From: Ruditapes philippinarum
Lineage: Eukaryota
Assembly: GCF_026571515.1 (NCBI RefSeq)
Contig: NW_026851882.1
Location: 1 to 64,000 of the forward strand
Reading direction: 5' to 3'
Length of the DNA: 64,000 nt
The translations under genes were made by a program, and so were the position numbers. This document shows, piece after piece, positions 24,181 to 39,178 of this stretch. Positions within the stretch are counted from its first letter, which is position 1. Every line of letters begins with the position of its first letter. The notes under the pieces are model-generated. The model worked only from the letters and a program-made list of their open reading frames with translations, was not told the origin of the DNA and searched no databases.

Positions 24181-24619
24181 TCATGTGTTTAAAATATTTC
24201 TTTATATTGATGAATGATTTGATTACTTTGTTTTGCAAAGAAGCAAAGAAAAAAAAAACAGTGCCAATACTGAACATGTTAAATGTACATTTAACAAACA
24301 CTTTAATGTGTTTAACCTATGTTTCAAAGTTTTAAAATGCAGTAAGCAGGATTTTTCCCCCTTAAAAATAAGGCCTTTATTTTACTTTGGTTACAAGGTA
24401 GAACTCTTTCTGCCTAGGGTAGGTCCAATCCAGGCGGATTTAAGCAGAATATTTTGTTCACCCAAACATTTGCAAAAGTTAAATTACAGCCCTGTTACAA
24501 TACTGATAATCACCCTGTCTGAATAAAAACATTTACTATTTCATACTATCATTTATCAAGTAACCAAGTCTCAATTGTAATGATATCAGTTACCTGATAC
24601 TTTTACCTTGACCTTTACA

Positions 24620-25262
24620 TGTCAGTATAATCCCATGAATGCTGGAATAGGTAGCTCTTATTATAGACAGGTGATTCCTGCCAGTGACCAGTTCTAAGAT
24701 TTAACTTGATAAGTTCACATCTGTGTCCTTTTTTATATATATTCACATTTGTGAATAACAGAACTTTGTAACATTACACTATAGTATATGACATGTATGT
24801 ACATTCAATAAATATATTACATGGTGTCAGAGTAAAAATGATAAAAATAGTAGAAAAGAAAAAGGATTATTACATTTATCATATAAAGTATACTATAAAT
24901 TGTATGTATACAATTTTATGTTGAATAAAATATATGTCATGTTATGTTTTTTACACACTTTGCGAGAACAACGGTAGGAATACCGCCTCCGCAAATCAAT
25001 TGGAATAGCAGGAATTTACCAGATAAATGGCAGAAATTTGAAGATCACGCAAAATTGATCTTCAACGGGCCATTGTTGGAGAAAAGAGAGGAGCAAAAAG
25101 TCAATATCACCTAATCTAGGTAGGAAACAGAGGCAGAGAAGTGCACCAAACACGGAGAGATATCACCGCTGACGGCGAGAAAAAATTAGAAACTTACACA
25201 TGGTTCAGAAACTATGTCCAGACCAAACTTAACCCCATATTCCTCGAAACAAATTTTACGAG
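24620..25262 (+). mobile_element. Gypsy-type LTR retrotransposon stub: LTR (~24620-24821), PBS TGGTGTCAGAGT (24822-24833), decayed gag N-terminus
   Basis: TGT...AATAAA...ACA is followed directly by TGGTGTCAGA. gag-like reading GIPPPQINWNSRNLPDKWQKFEDHAKLIFNGPL...GNRGREV...FRNYVQTKLNPIF. Confidence 0.7.
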
Positions 25263-26605
25263 ACACAGGGCTCCGACAATTTTCACACATTCCTAACACA
25301 TTTACGGATCAGGGTAACGTACTGTCAATTCAACCAGCCAGACCAAATAATTCGCAAGAGAATCGTGTTTGGAACAAGTAACTCAAAAGCAAAAAGAAAA
25401 AAAAAATTCACTTAATAAAAAATGTTAATGAATATTATCAAACATATTTATTAGACATTATTAATTTACCACCCTAGGAATGTTTATCTATTCAGATTTT
25501 TCAACTTACCAGACAGTACTTTAAATATATTTTTGAGTCAATAAGTTTTACAAGTGTTTCCTTTAGTAAATTAATTTTTCACTTATTACTATTGTTACCT
25601 ATCAGGTTTTTTTTCCACGAATAAATTGTGACTACTTTTTTTCTTTAAATTGAAATGATTACTTCAATTTTGTTAAGGAATCACTTTACCAAAACATAAG
25701 CCCTGGATGCAGAAAATAGATTTAAAATAACTCACAGATCTGTTGTTATGGTTATCAATGGATTGTTGTCCTCTTGAAACAAAATACAATATTTATTATA
25801 CTGTATTTGAATCTACTGTTTATCACAATTATTCTATCACAACTCATGCTCATGAACATGTGAATGTCAAAGAACACTGTATAAAATTATGAATGTTTAC
25901 TGGGTATATATATAACTGATTTAGTCCCAAGAATTAACTATAATGATCTAAAATTTGACAAGGGTTTCCTAGAATATACTTTCTGGTTTGTTTTCAATCA
26001 CACCTTCAGTGATTTTATGTTGACATTATTTCCGATTCACTCTTGCTTCAAAATGTTCTTATTTCTGTTTCTATTTGTTCACAAATCACAGATAATGTAT
26101 GGTCTAGTTTGTCTCCAAATCATATAGCAGCAGATACATCAATACATACTTAAATCTGTTTCAATGAATAATTTAAATCTTGAGCATTATTCAAACAAGA
26201 ATGTTATATCTACTTTTCTTCATATTTCCCTGAGTTCATGCTAAGTTGATATGATACATGTATGTGCTTATGCTCTTTTCATTTTTGGAGATTTCATAAA
26301 ATCATTTTAAGTAAGTTGAATTTGTTCAATGTTTACTTTATTTTGAGCATTTCAATTGATTTTACTTTATTCATTTTAATACAATGTACTGGTAACAATT
26401 TTGATCAATTTTCATTGAAGCAGTCAGCATGTCTTTACAAGAATTGTATTCATCAAGTACATTTATAAAAGGCATAGAATTTCATATATGTATACAAGAT
26501 TACTCCATTTTATATACACAAGTTTTACAATTTTGTACACAATTCTCAAACTGATTATTGCACTTCCCCGACTTTTTCAGTTTCCAGATACAATATACCA
26601 CATTA

Positions 26606-29600
26606 TCACATGAAGTCCTGACACCATTTGGCCACAATATCAGCCATGTGTAAGCTAGCATCTATCACATAAGCGTGGCTATATCCCATTTCACAGACAC
26701 GTATATCACAGGTGGGGAACAATTTCTTGAAATCCTCTCCATAATGTGGAGGACACCAATCATCAGATTTTCCAAAGTAAAAACTAAGACGGTCCAAATG
26801 ATTCCCAACTAGGGTTTTGTCAAGCTCTGCCACTTTGGACATCTCTTGGTGTGCCATAAACAAGGCATTGCTTACACAAAACGGATTGATCAAACCTTCA
26901 GTTGCTGAATGAACACATTCAGGCACATTTTCATCTTTAAAATGACTGCGTAGCAACCATGTCTTTATACCCTGAGGTAAGAGGCCAACACCTGAGACTA
27001 AAAGTGGTGCCATCCAACGTAAATACTTCAATGCTGGAGTATAAATCCTGCCATTTGGAGATATAGCCATTCTTTCTATTGTTGGAAACAGCATGAAACA
27101 TCTGCCTATCGGCTGCTCCAATTGGTAGAGTATTTTTAGAATGATGTAACAGCCAATTGAATGTCCAATCAGGAACAGTTTTGTTTTCTTTGGAATGTTT
27201 TCTTTGATGAAAGCAACTTTGTGTCTTATCTGACCATCTAGGGTGCAGACTTCATAGCTCAACTTTTCTGAAAAATTAAAAGTCTTGTTTATAGAAAAGA
27301 TAATTAATAAATATTCCTTTTTTGACAAATAATTGTTATCTTAACTCAACAATTAATTTTCAATGAAGTAATTATATAACTACCACAATCTGGCTAAAGT
27401 TCCAACTTAGAATATCTGTTACAGATGAAGTTTCATATGATATAAATTACAATACATATCTGTTTCTCAAGTCATACAGTGAAAATGTGGATGCAAAGTT
27501 ATCACTTTTTTCAATACGCTACTTGGCCTACATAAAAAAATTCATTCACCAGTTAACTACTTATCTAATGCATCACAAGAAGATAAACCATAAATATTTT
27601 ACCTCTAAGACCTAAACTTGAACCAGTCAAAATACTAAGGACCAGAAAACCACAGCAATTAATTGCCAGTATTCTGCAAAATCTATACTAGCCTGAACCA
27701 TTATTAACAAGCCCAAAAATATTCAAATTTTGAAGAGGAAAGTAGTCAAGAATAATAATGAATACAGTTGTTTTCTGAATCAAGGACAAATTCTATTTGA
27801 AATTCAGTTAAATTTCAGAAAATTAGATCATCGACCACAAATTTTTCATACTATAAGCCAGTCTGGCAAGAAAATTGGAAATTTTATGACCCTGATTCAT
27901 ATTCTACTAGCCATCGGCTAGCAGTCTACTGCTAAATTTGCAGACTGTTAAATGAACTATCTGTGCTGAATAATTCCGACCTGCACCATCTGACCCATTG
28001 TTTGAATGATTTTCTATCTGTTAATACAAATATTTCTAGAACCTTTGAGTCTGACTTTGTATGATTTAACCCTTTACCCCATATATACACGAAACAACGC
28101 ACTTTCGACCCCCCCCCCTTTTTAGGCCTGAAATAGTGAAATCGTTTGAGAAATGTTGCAAAAAAAAGTGAGCACTTTTTCGGCGCCGCCCCCCATCCAA
28201 AAGATACATCAGGGGGTTGCCAGAAGGGGGATGTACCCCCTTCTGTTTGGGGGGTTTGAAGGGGGGGCGGAGTCCCCCTCATCACCAAGAAAATTCTGGA
28301 CTTGTGAGAGGCTAAAAATGACCCCAGGTCGATCATAAGGTAACATGTAACCAACGCTGAAAAGCCTTTGATTCTGTCTCAATCCCTTGAGAAGTTGCAG
28401 CACTTTGAAATAAATTTTGATGGAAAAAATCAAGGCAAAATAGTGATTTTTGGCAATTTTGAGATGTCCCCTCGTTGCCATGGTAACAGGAAATTTAAGA
28501 CTGAGCATGTCGTTACAAAGGCAATGGTCCAGTCAACATTTGTGCCAAGTTTGATTAGTACTGAAGCATTTTTCATAGTTTCATAGCAGTTTGAACTTGT
28601 AACAGGAGGCTTTTCAGTGAAAACGGCCATTTTTCACAATATGCTCATGGGGGGAAAGGGTTAACAACATTTCAAGTTTACAAAACCCATGTCCAGATGC
28701 ATAATATTTCTTTATAAGATCTCATTACCTTGATGAAATTTTACAGCCCTACTATATAGCTAACAATTAACATTTCTGCAAAAGTTTCATCATATCTGTT
28801 AATTGCTACAAAGAAAGAGCATGTAATTACTAGACTAAAGACTGTGGAACCTCATTGGTTTCTGACTTACTGTACAAGTCCTGGTTTCCAGCAGGTGGGA
28901 GTACATGCCCTGCATGTGACACACCCCATACAGGCACTGTACCTCCACAGCTTGTATACAGATGACTCATAAAATCATCATAGAATTCAACAACACCTGG
29001 ATTTCCTGAAAATTAAAAACAATTTACAACATATTAATTTATAATGTTATACCATTTAACTTATTACATATTCTGGGAATCATAACATAATATAATGCCA
29101 TTAGGGGGAAAATAGGGTAGGGGAAGGTATTCTTTATTTCATGATGTATTTGTAGTGTATATAATTTTACATACAGTGTAATTACCTATTGTAAACAAGA
29201 AGACCATGATTGTCCGTCTAATTGGGCAAGTTTGTCTAAAAATATAGTCATTCTTACTAATAATGACAAAATCCAAATAAAACAGTAATTTCAGAAAGAG
29301 GAATCGTTTGTCATGAATTTAACCTAGTTTTGATCAACGGTCACCTAAATTTTATCTTGTCAACTGTTATGATTCATAAATATATGTACAACTTCTTACA
29401 ACAGGGCCTGGAAATCATTCTTTGGCTTAGTGGGCTCAAACTTTGTTTCTATCACTTGTAAGTCGCAAATTCAAGCAACATCAGGATCTTTCTTGATGCA
29501 TTTGCATCTTTTTGTTACAAACTGAAAATGTTCATACATGATGCCTGGCTCCTGGAATTTGTTTAAAACATGAAATGCTTTCTGATTACAAAAAAAAAAA

Positions 29601-30852
29601 TTAAAAAAATACCAAAATGTTTCCTTATTAATAACTGAAATGGTTTCTGACTTGAAAATAAGTCATTTAGTCATCAAAAATGATGGCTTTCTAAAGATTC
29701 TTTGGCTTATAGTCACTGTAAAGGTCCTGGTGACTTTCCAGCTTCATTTTGTACAAATGTGGGGGAACATCTCTGGTGCCCCACTTCAGGTATTCACAGG
29801 CATCAGAGTAGAACCTTACACACAAACAGTATGTGCTAGCTGGATAGCTTCCTAACATGAAAGAACCTGAAGTCCCAATTTGGATTCAAACTTACAGCAG
29901 TGTATGAAAGTTGTTATTAATTTCACTTTAAAGATTCTTTGTTGTAGCATGGTGACCTAGTTTTAGACCAAAGATGACCCATAAATCAAACTAATCCAAC
30001 TGATCAATAATATGGTCATTCTGACAAAGTTTGATGCACTTCAAAACTGTGACCTCAAGAGTGACAACTGTTGATTGTGGATGCCGAGTTAACTGACATA
30101 TGATAATAGCACACTTAAACTAAAAGTTAATATGAGCAAAAAAAAAAAAAAGATTTTGAAAAGTCCCAAAGGCAAATAAAAAATTCTAGGGTTGGTAGTT
30201 TAAAACACAGGGTAGAAAAGAGGAGTCAAAACAGAATTATTATTTTTTTCCCTGATGTGTTGAATTTAAGTTAACATTTTAATAGATTATATTTATTTTT
30301 CTCTCTGCCTGCTATTAAGTTCAACAAATCAAATCATTTTTGGCTTTTTTATTCCTTTTTAGAAAATAACAACAACCCTCTGGTCAAATTTCATCAAAAT
30401 CAGACTGTGAGACAGTTAATGCTATTTTCTATTTAAAGCTCTGGCTGCCATTTTTTCAGCAGACTGGAACATTTTCAGCTCTTTGGTGTAAGAATACCTC
30501 AAAGATTATTTATAAATTTTCATAAAAATCTGCTGAAAAATAGGTGAAGATATTTTATTAAAAGCCTATTTTTATTTCTGCAAGGCCTGACCTCAAAATC
30601 AAAAGGGGTCATGACTCATCTACTGACAATAGGCAATGTCTCCACCAAATTATATAAACAAGGACTGATGCCTTCTCAAGTTGGTAGTGGTGATTCACAT
30701 AAATACGTACCAGATCATAGCAAATGAAAGTAAAACAAACCTGGTACGACTAGAAACATTGATTTTGTGTCCTGTAAAATTTCACCATACTTTAATACAC
30801 TGGTAGGCATTCCTAACACATTGATGAATTCCATATTCCTTACTGTATCCAT
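26606..30852 (-). CDS. LDAH: Lipid droplet-associated hydrolase (alpha/beta hydrolase), 302 aa; coding exons 30852-30741, 29005-28871, 27267-26606
   Basis: GT-AG exons join in phase (112+135+662 nt) with no stops. Motifs VPGNPGVVEFY, WGVSHAGH, GHSIG nucleophile elbow, LFPTIERM, DDWCP and HAYV. Confidence 0.93.
28070..28660. mobile_element. piggyBac-type MITE in an LDAH intron
   Basis: TTAA|CCCTTTACCCCAT ... ATGGGGGGAAAGGG|TTAA: TTAA TSD with CCC/GGG termini. Confidence 0.8.
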
Positions 30853-31920
30853 ATAGAAATCTCATCAAAACCTGAATGAAAGAAAGATGGTCAAATCAAT
30901 TTGACGCTATCATTGAACAATGTGTAATCAGACAATGCAGTAGGTACAGAACTTTCTCACATATTAGAACGGATTTTCTACATGTTGCAAGATGGAAAAT
31001 AACATCTTACAACAGCTTTGTGTAAGATGAGTTGTGTACTTTCAGCAATATCATTTCATAACTAGTCAAGAGTTCAAGAAGATGTCAATCTGCCACTTAT
31101 TCACGAGTTAGTGTCATAAAGTTAATATCAAAATATTATTATTTATACAACAAAGCTAAACAAGAAGGCAATAATGGCCCTTATATGGCTCATCTGATTT
31201 AGAGACTTACTGACCGGGTAGTGTTTCTTAGTCTTTTGTGAATTGGTCTGGGCCCTTTAACTCCATTAATTAGAATTGTAATGCCATTATATGTGACATT
31301 TTAACTGTTTTTTTATGCTACTAAATGGGGAAAAAGTTAAAGAAATATGTGTAAAAATGTCTTGATTAATGATAGTTCACTGTCTCTTTTTCTCATGTAA
31401 TTCATGGGTGAAATTTTAGCATTTAATCATTCAAGCGCCTTGTCCAGTATATACCTGATTACAGTATTTAGTGTGGTGGTCCAATCCTTTTTTCATGGAT
31501 TTAACTCATTAAAGGACTGGAGCAGTACCTCTAGACGCTTGCAGAAATCATGATCACAAAATAGACAAATATCTTTTTTTTTGTTAATTCTTACATTTTT
31601 CATCCATATAATCATACATAAATCAGTGTAAAAACATGAATTAGCTCATTTCTTTGTGCGAAAATGCATGATTTTAGCATTTAAGCGCCTTGTCCGGTAC
31701 ATACTGGAATACAGTATTTAGTGTGGTGCTCAAATCCTTTTTTTATGCTCACTCTTTTTTCAATGCATACACAGTTCTCTAAAATCGACAGCAAAACTGG
31801 TGTACACAATGATCCTTTTTCAGTAGCGTTCTATCCAGATATGGCCAGTCTGCTGTACCTAGACTTAGACCAAGCCCGTTGTAGTCTAGAAAGTAGATCT
31901 TTTAAATTTTGAAGATACTA

Positions 31921-32526
31921 TAGAGTGGTTGGACCAATGCTCGGCGCATACCAATGCTCGGCGTAAAAAATATTTTTTTTAGAATATCTGAAAATGTCTC
32001 GAGTTATCTCATATAGGTCACTGGTGCTTTTATTTACATCTTTCACCATTTTATCCTGGCGTGGTTCACTGCTGATAAAGTCACGTGACAATGCTAATAG
32101 CAGACAAACAACCGTATGTAATCCCCAACATATAAATTATTAAAATCTTTTAACACTAGAGTTCTGGGGCTATAAAATTTAAACTAAAAGTTGGGTACTT
32201 GTAAATGTATGAACCTAATTTGGTTGTTACAATTTATTCAATATGTTTTCTTCATAAGATAAAAAAGAGATTTTATTCGAAAAACAATCCTGAATAATGT
32301 AGTATTGTATGCCGAGCTATGGTACAATTTCACGCAAACCACACTTGTTTATCGGGCTCCAGCCATGCACATCATTATATGATTAGCGAATTTTACACAA
32401 TGGCTATTTAAAACAATATCATCGGTCTTGAAAATGGACATATAACATTGAGGTTTGTTGACGTTGATTTGAATTTGCCATATCAAATATAGTATTTTTA
32501 CGCCGAGCGTTGGTCCACCCACTCTA
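31921..32526. mobile_element. MITE with ~26-bp TIRs just upstream of LDAH
   Basis: tagagtggttggaccaatgctcggcg ... cgccgagcgttggtccacccactcta. The outer TA may be the TSD; superfamily uncertain. Confidence 0.75.
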
Positions 32527-34648
32527 GGATAAATAGGGCGAAAATTCAGTGGGCCGACTCCCTCACTAAAATCATTTCATTTATTTTCTCAAATAAAGAC
32601 CTGACATGTGATAACAAATACTTCTTTTAGTTGGGAGTGACTTTATGAAACCAACATTACAGTCGAAACGCATTCCACAGGCATTAACATCAAATATTAT
32701 TCCTTTTAGCATACCTGCAGAAGCGCAAAGTTTAAGTCGCCTATAGCATGTAAAAATCTATGAAACTGGAACATAGTATATAATTTTTTTAAAAATATAA
32801 TTTAATTTAATTATTTCATACAGTACAAAATATATTATAGCTAACTGAGTCTCTTGAAATTTATTTATAACATTAATTATGCAATATTAATGCTGTAAGC
32901 AAGATGGTTAGACTGGTACCCAGCATATTTCTAAAAATTAAATTGGGAACCATAAAAAATTAAAGCTGAAAGGAATAATTTAAAAACGGAAAATCTATAA
33001 TCAATGTAAATGATGAAATAATTATTCCCTTCCATAAGATTGTACTATGTACGGGGTATTTCAAATAGATTGTGCATGAACAAACGAGAATAAACAAATG
33101 TATTATTTACACTTAAAAACAGGATTTTAAAATAATAGTTAAAAAAAATAAATCCGGAATCACTTAAAAACATACATGTAGGACAATTATGCTATTTTTT
33201 TTAAAGATGAAACATGTACGTAGCTAATTCAGTTTGTAAATTTCATGCATTGAAAAAAGCATTGCCAGGTTATTGTCATGTATAATCGTTGTCATATTAT
33301 TCTGCTTCTGGTTCTGGTTCTGAGATCATAATTTTCAATAGTTGTGTTGAAGATTGAATACTGCTCAAGTCGGGGTTAGGCTACCCTGTACGTTAATGCC
33401 CCAGAGTGGTTTATGTACAGTACTGGAAGAAGAAAAAGAGGGGCGTGAGAGGTGTGACACCTTTTATTATCTCTCATGAATATACTCAATATGATCGATT
33501 TACACGAATTTTATTGCTAATATAAGCTGCTGATTTTGAGTGGTGAACGCTGGTTGTGCGCACACTTTCGGCATTGCATACAAATTATTTCATGTTTTTA
33601 AGATTTTATTTAGTTTTGCTAAAATATTTTGCTTTCTGCATGCAGAAAAGTAAACTCATACACATTCCACGCGTAGAACTAATCATCGTCCCCAGGGTAA
33701 ATAATTTCAATGATGTCATGTGCAGAAGGGAAATAGCCAAATCACATTATAAGTATATTAATTATTTTATTTACAATATTGGTTTATTAATTGATTAACA
33801 CATTAAACATGCTTATCAGACTGGATGTTTTGGTCTTCACCTGGATACTTAGATATACTCACAATAACTAGTACCTGTGAGAAGTTATTCCATAAGTAAA
33901 GAAAACATACTAGTATTAGTGTCAAGCTTTTTTTGGCATTCAATAGAAACGCTATATTTCTTTTAAAAAATGTGTGTAAATTTTCTTAGACGAACAAAAG
34001 TTGATACTATATCAAATTCCGTTCATAGCCGCTTCCTATTTTTCATAGTGCTTCATAGAACTACATGTAAGAATAGACAGGTAGTGGCGCAATAAAGCTA
34101 GCGCATTTTAATGAAGCCAAATAAAGCTTGACACTAAGTGTGTTAGTGTTCATATGTAGCTGTTCTAAAGCTGAAATCGGATTAACACAATAAAGAATAT
34201 AGCTGCTTACATCTATATGTAGTCTGTAAGCAGCTTTCATTTGCAGATAAACACGGTTATTTTTTTTATCTATAATGTCATGTAAAAATAATGCATTTAA
34301 CTTATCAAAGTTCTATATTAATTATGTGGACAAATCTCCCGAATCAGTACGTAGTGTAATTGTTGAAAGTATTCATTCGAACTATCATCATACTTAAACA
34401 CTCCCTCACTGCCCCATAATTACTTGTGTAAGTCCCTAATTTAGTCCCTATTAAACCGGGAAATATTTAAGCAGGGTATGACCAAACTTGCATACTTTAA
34501 GATTAACTTTTAAACGATTTTCTTTATTTTAAAAATGTAACCCGTCTTACAAATACACTTGTATTATTATTACTGTTATTCACCTGTACAACTTTTCTAA
34601 AATCAATGACACACACGTAAAATACTCGAAAAGAGAAGTGAAATAGTA

Positions 34649-37600
34649 CAGTTGAGTTCACACTAAAGGTTACACAAAGTGCACTAGGAGTACACTAGAT
34701 GTGCACTACTAATGCACTTCGTAAGTGCACTTTGTAGTGCACCAGACCTTTTATATGTATTAAGCAGTTACCTTTTATTTCAATTTGACTTTTACAAAAA
34801 GATAGATAAATTTAGATATCTGTATAGTTGTTTTTCATAATAAATTTGAAGTTGTGAATATTTGATTTTGTGAAATATGGCGTAAAATATCAGAACAATA
34901 ATTTTTCTCAAAATCATTAATTTTACTGATTTTGTACTTTAAAACTTAAGTGTTAGAATAAGTAAATATAAATAATTATAACTTTAATGTTGATAAGTTA
35001 ATTAATAAGTTAATTGATATTTAATATGATTCTATTTTTTTTCTTTTAATCTGGGTTATGAAATATGAAACATTGAAATGCTAATTGAAATGCTAATTAA
35101 ACAAAATTCTGTCAGTTTTTTGGGGGTTTTTTTTTGGGGGGGGGGGGGGGGGGCGAAATTATGCCAATTAGTTATTTTTGATCTTAACTTATGGTTGTTT
35201 TAGTTTAAGTAATGATTTTAAGCATAAATAGCCTTAAATACATTAAAGAATTAATATGTTTATAATTGGCCTAAATTTTGTCAATTTTATCCCATTTATA
35301 ATCTCTCTTACCTTCTCAAACTGAGATTTACCTAAGATTAATATAAATGATATATATTATTCTGAAAATAAATATTTATATATTATGGTAGTATATGTAT
35401 GAAATGAGGATTCAGTATCGATATGTGTGGATTAAGTATTGATATGTATCTGTGGGACACTAGTACAATGTATTATTAAACTGACATGGATATTTACAAA
35501 AAGATTAGAAAATCTTTCAATTCCATTTTTGAGATGACACCAATCTTCCTCCTTTTTTCATGCATTGTAACGTAATTATGCAATATGATTATTTTTATGA
35601 GTTTATTATAAAATGCAAAAATATTTCGGGGTTTTTTTTCTTTTTGTACTACTTGTAATGAAATTTATTTGCACCAACATCCAGAGAATACAGAATTTAC
35701 ATTGCCTACTTATATTTATCATCTGCCTTTTGTTATTTACCCTGAGGGGCTCTCTTATCAGCAGGGTACTATATTAAAACACCAATACACAGCATTACTT
35801 TTGACACTTCAATCTTCTGTAATTGTTTTCTGCTCATGTATGATATTTTAAAAAAAAAAAACAAACAAAAAAAACACAGATCTGCATTAAAGTGAAAGGT
35901 AGTTACAAAAGTTTTATAATCATGTATTTAAATATTTTCTTAAAAAATATATTATCTTCTAAATGTGTTAAAACTGACAAGGCAAATTTGTCAAATTTAT
36001 AATAGAAAAATTTAACATTTCCCTGTTCAGAAACTAAAAGATGTTGCAAATTTTAATGCAGAATTGCAAGAAATGTGGATAAATATTGATATGAGGTCTT
36101 TCTAGAATAGTTAACACTGATATTAATTTTAAACAATTTTTTTTTATGAAAAGATTAGAAAATTCCACACCAAGACAATAATGACAATACTATCTGACAT
36201 GCGTTTATGCCATTATGATTATTTCTACATTTGATAATACAAAAATTATAGTCATTTATCAATGTCTTACATGTATTTAGGGAAAAAAAACAGGAAATTT
36301 TAAATAAATATTGCATACATCTGCATTTTTGTTATTTACCCTGGGACCCTCTTATCAGCAGGAGACCAGTGTAATTAAAACAGTCGCTCTCAGAAAATGT
36401 ACCAATACACAACATGACTTGAGACTTTCCTCTTCTATAAAAGCATTCCCTTTATACATTAAATTTTTAATATAGAAATCTTGAATAAAGTTATCAATTT
36501 TATTTATTTCATATTTTTTTTTAATTATTTATATCTTTAAAAAGTACGCAAACATTGCAGGGTTGAAAAACGTAATATCACAGTGTATGGATTTATTTAA
36601 AATCAATGAATTAATTTTCTCTTTCAATCTTGAACATGAGGAATTGCCTCATGAACATTTATATCATTATGCAGAATGGCAAGAAATGTGGATAAATGGA
36701 TAAAAATAGAAAATTCCGCTTTAGAGACAATAATATCTAATATGCATTTACGCCATTATGATTTTTTTATATTTGATTACACAAAAATTGTGGTCATTTA
36801 TCTATATGTCTAACAAGCCTGAGTGCCATCGCCTGATGAGTCTAATAATATGCATTTTGAGAAAACCAGGGAGTTTCAAAGCATACTTATAATCTGCAAA
36901 ATTGACTGTTCTTTGTTAATTACCATGAGGCCCTCTTATCATATAATAAAAACAGTCCTTTTCAGAAAATACCAATACACAGCATGATTTGAGATTGTCC
37001 TCTTCAATAAAAGTATCCCTTTATAAATTAAATTTTTAATATTGAAATCATGAATAAAGTTATCAAATTTATTTATTTCATGGAAAATTTTAATTATTTA
37101 TATCTTTAAAACATATGCAAGCATTACATAGTTGAATACTAAATTATCGCAGTATATTGATTGTTTTAAAATCAATGTATTAATATTTTCTTTCAATATT
37201 GAACATGAGGAATTGTCTCCAAGTTGTATATTATAGAAATAATATTTTAGCTTAAATATAAACCTTTCCTTAATTTGTTTGAGCTTATGAAAAAAAGTTA
37301 TGTTGTTACAAACTAAATTAATTGGGCCAGAATTATCACATTGATTTTCCCATTTGTACTCAAGAAAAATTGAAATACATGGTCATTAAAAAAGTTTTAA
37401 AAACAATTAATTATCCATTACAAAGCATATTTAAATTTAACCTTATTAATTCTATAGATTTGATTTTAAGGGGTATTATTTTACACTTACAGTTAAATAC
37501 TGGTTAATAAAAATTTGATTATAATAAATAAAAGAAAAAAAATAATTTTAAGCTTTAACATGATAGCACCTAAAATTTTAAAACTGCTGATTTTAAAATT

Positions 37601-37846
37601 TACTTATTTATATTCATGAATAGGCCATATATTCCCAAAGTTTTTTTTTCTTACAGCAGTTTAACAATGGATGCCCCCTCACCCCTGTCACTTGATGTGC
37701 AATTATCCAATAAATCATTTAGGTGTCACCTTCCCTGGTCATATGGTCTAGCTAGTGCACTAGAAGTGCACACGGTGTGCACTTCTAGTACAGCTCTAGT
37801 GAACTAGAAGTGCACAAGGGTGGGAAGTTTAGTGTGAACTCAACTG
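34649..37846. mobile_element. 3.2-kb Tc1/mariner-type non-autonomous element with internal ~600-bp tandem repeats
   Basis: TA|CAGTTGAGTTCACACTAAA ... TTTAGTGTGAACTCAACTG|TA (19-bp perfect TIR, TA TSD). Subterminal GTGCAC/ACTAG motifs. accaatacaca recurs at ~35780, ~36401 and ~36971. Confidence 0.85.
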
Positions 37847-39178
37847 TATTTATTATTATAAATAAACACATGCACGAAATAAATGTCTACGACAAAATGT
37901 CAATCTTTACATATTTCAGCTAGTGAACAATTGTCAAATGATTAATAAATATTATTATACTTGGAGACAGTAGATTCTGATCCCGTACTCCCGTTGATAC
38001 CTATATGTCAAATGATCAGATATCAGGATCTTTATATGTTTAATAAGATCCCGAATTCCATGCAGTCTTTCTTAAAGCCACCACTGATGAATTTTTCACA
38101 GCCCAATTTTTTTTAAGTTCATAATGGCCAAGAAACTAGCTGTACTACATGATGCTATTTTAAATATGTGTATATTTCATAGCTATATGGAACCGCATAT
38201 ACTGCATATATAGTGAGCAATAATATTATATTAATATTTAAATTTTGAAGAAAATAAAACTAAGAGTTGCAGACTTGCATGGTTTCATTGTGTCTACCAG
38301 AGACATAGATAACATGATTATCTATGTCTCTGTGTCTACTAATGAGATACATTTAATCACAGATATATATTTAGCTCCATGATAATATACAACGGGAAAT
38401 GCAACTTTTTACGTCCCCACGGAGCTTTATATAATTATACAGTATAGGTATTTTTGTAACGCCCCTAATCAGCACCAAAGTTTTTTGTATTGATTATCCT
38501 GAAAGACTCTGGAAAAGGAGATCGCTGTTTAAGTATCATTACAATATGCAACATTCCACAACCCGGCACATTTCATGTGTTTCCTATCAAGTAATTTAGC
38601 GTCCATTTGCAAAGTTTGAAACTTTCCGTTTTTTATTTGTTCGTTGTTTTTTAGGTAAGCAAGCGCCTTTGATACCAGGAATAATTTCACGACCGTATAC
38701 TGACATAGAAATCGGATGGATCTTACATAAACGTGAAAGTATTTGATTTGTAAGTTTATTCTTATATTTTAATTTTCTTGCAATATACAACTGTTAAAAT
38801 ATTATATCAGTAACAATATCTTGCTATTGAAATTATAAATAAAATCCTTAATTTCAGCTTCTAAATGTTGTCAGTGTTGTGGGTGGGGTTATATTTTGTG
38901 GTTATGCAACCATAAAGCTGACGGTTTACGTAACCAAAAATAAATCGTATGTCAAAAATAAAGTTCGGTGTAGAATAATGTAAGTATTTCAACAATAGTA
39001 CTAGTTGTCAGTTGCTGGAAATACAAATATTCAGGAAATTGCCTAAGTTCATGTAGAGGATTGAGCCCCAACAATCTGGAATTGTGGACTCAGTTTGACC
39101 CATGATCATTTGCTTGAAAGGACACATACATGTAACTTATGATTTGTTTATTGACTTTTCAGACTGCTGTCGAACAAT

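Noticed and set aside
26606-27328. 240-aa single-exon ORF as a complete gene
   Set aside because: Its first ~20 codons are intronic; the true exon starts at 27267 and splices to two upstream exons.
27932-28630. Five overlapping ORFs in an LDAH intron
   Set aside because: They fall in or overlap the GC-richer piggyBac MITE and show no transposase motifs.
36815-36870. Hammerhead ribozyme (CTGATGAG motif; also ctgatgagagaaa near 21704)
   Set aside because: The 3' arm of stem II and a correctly placed GAAA/stem III are missing; at most a truncated remnant.
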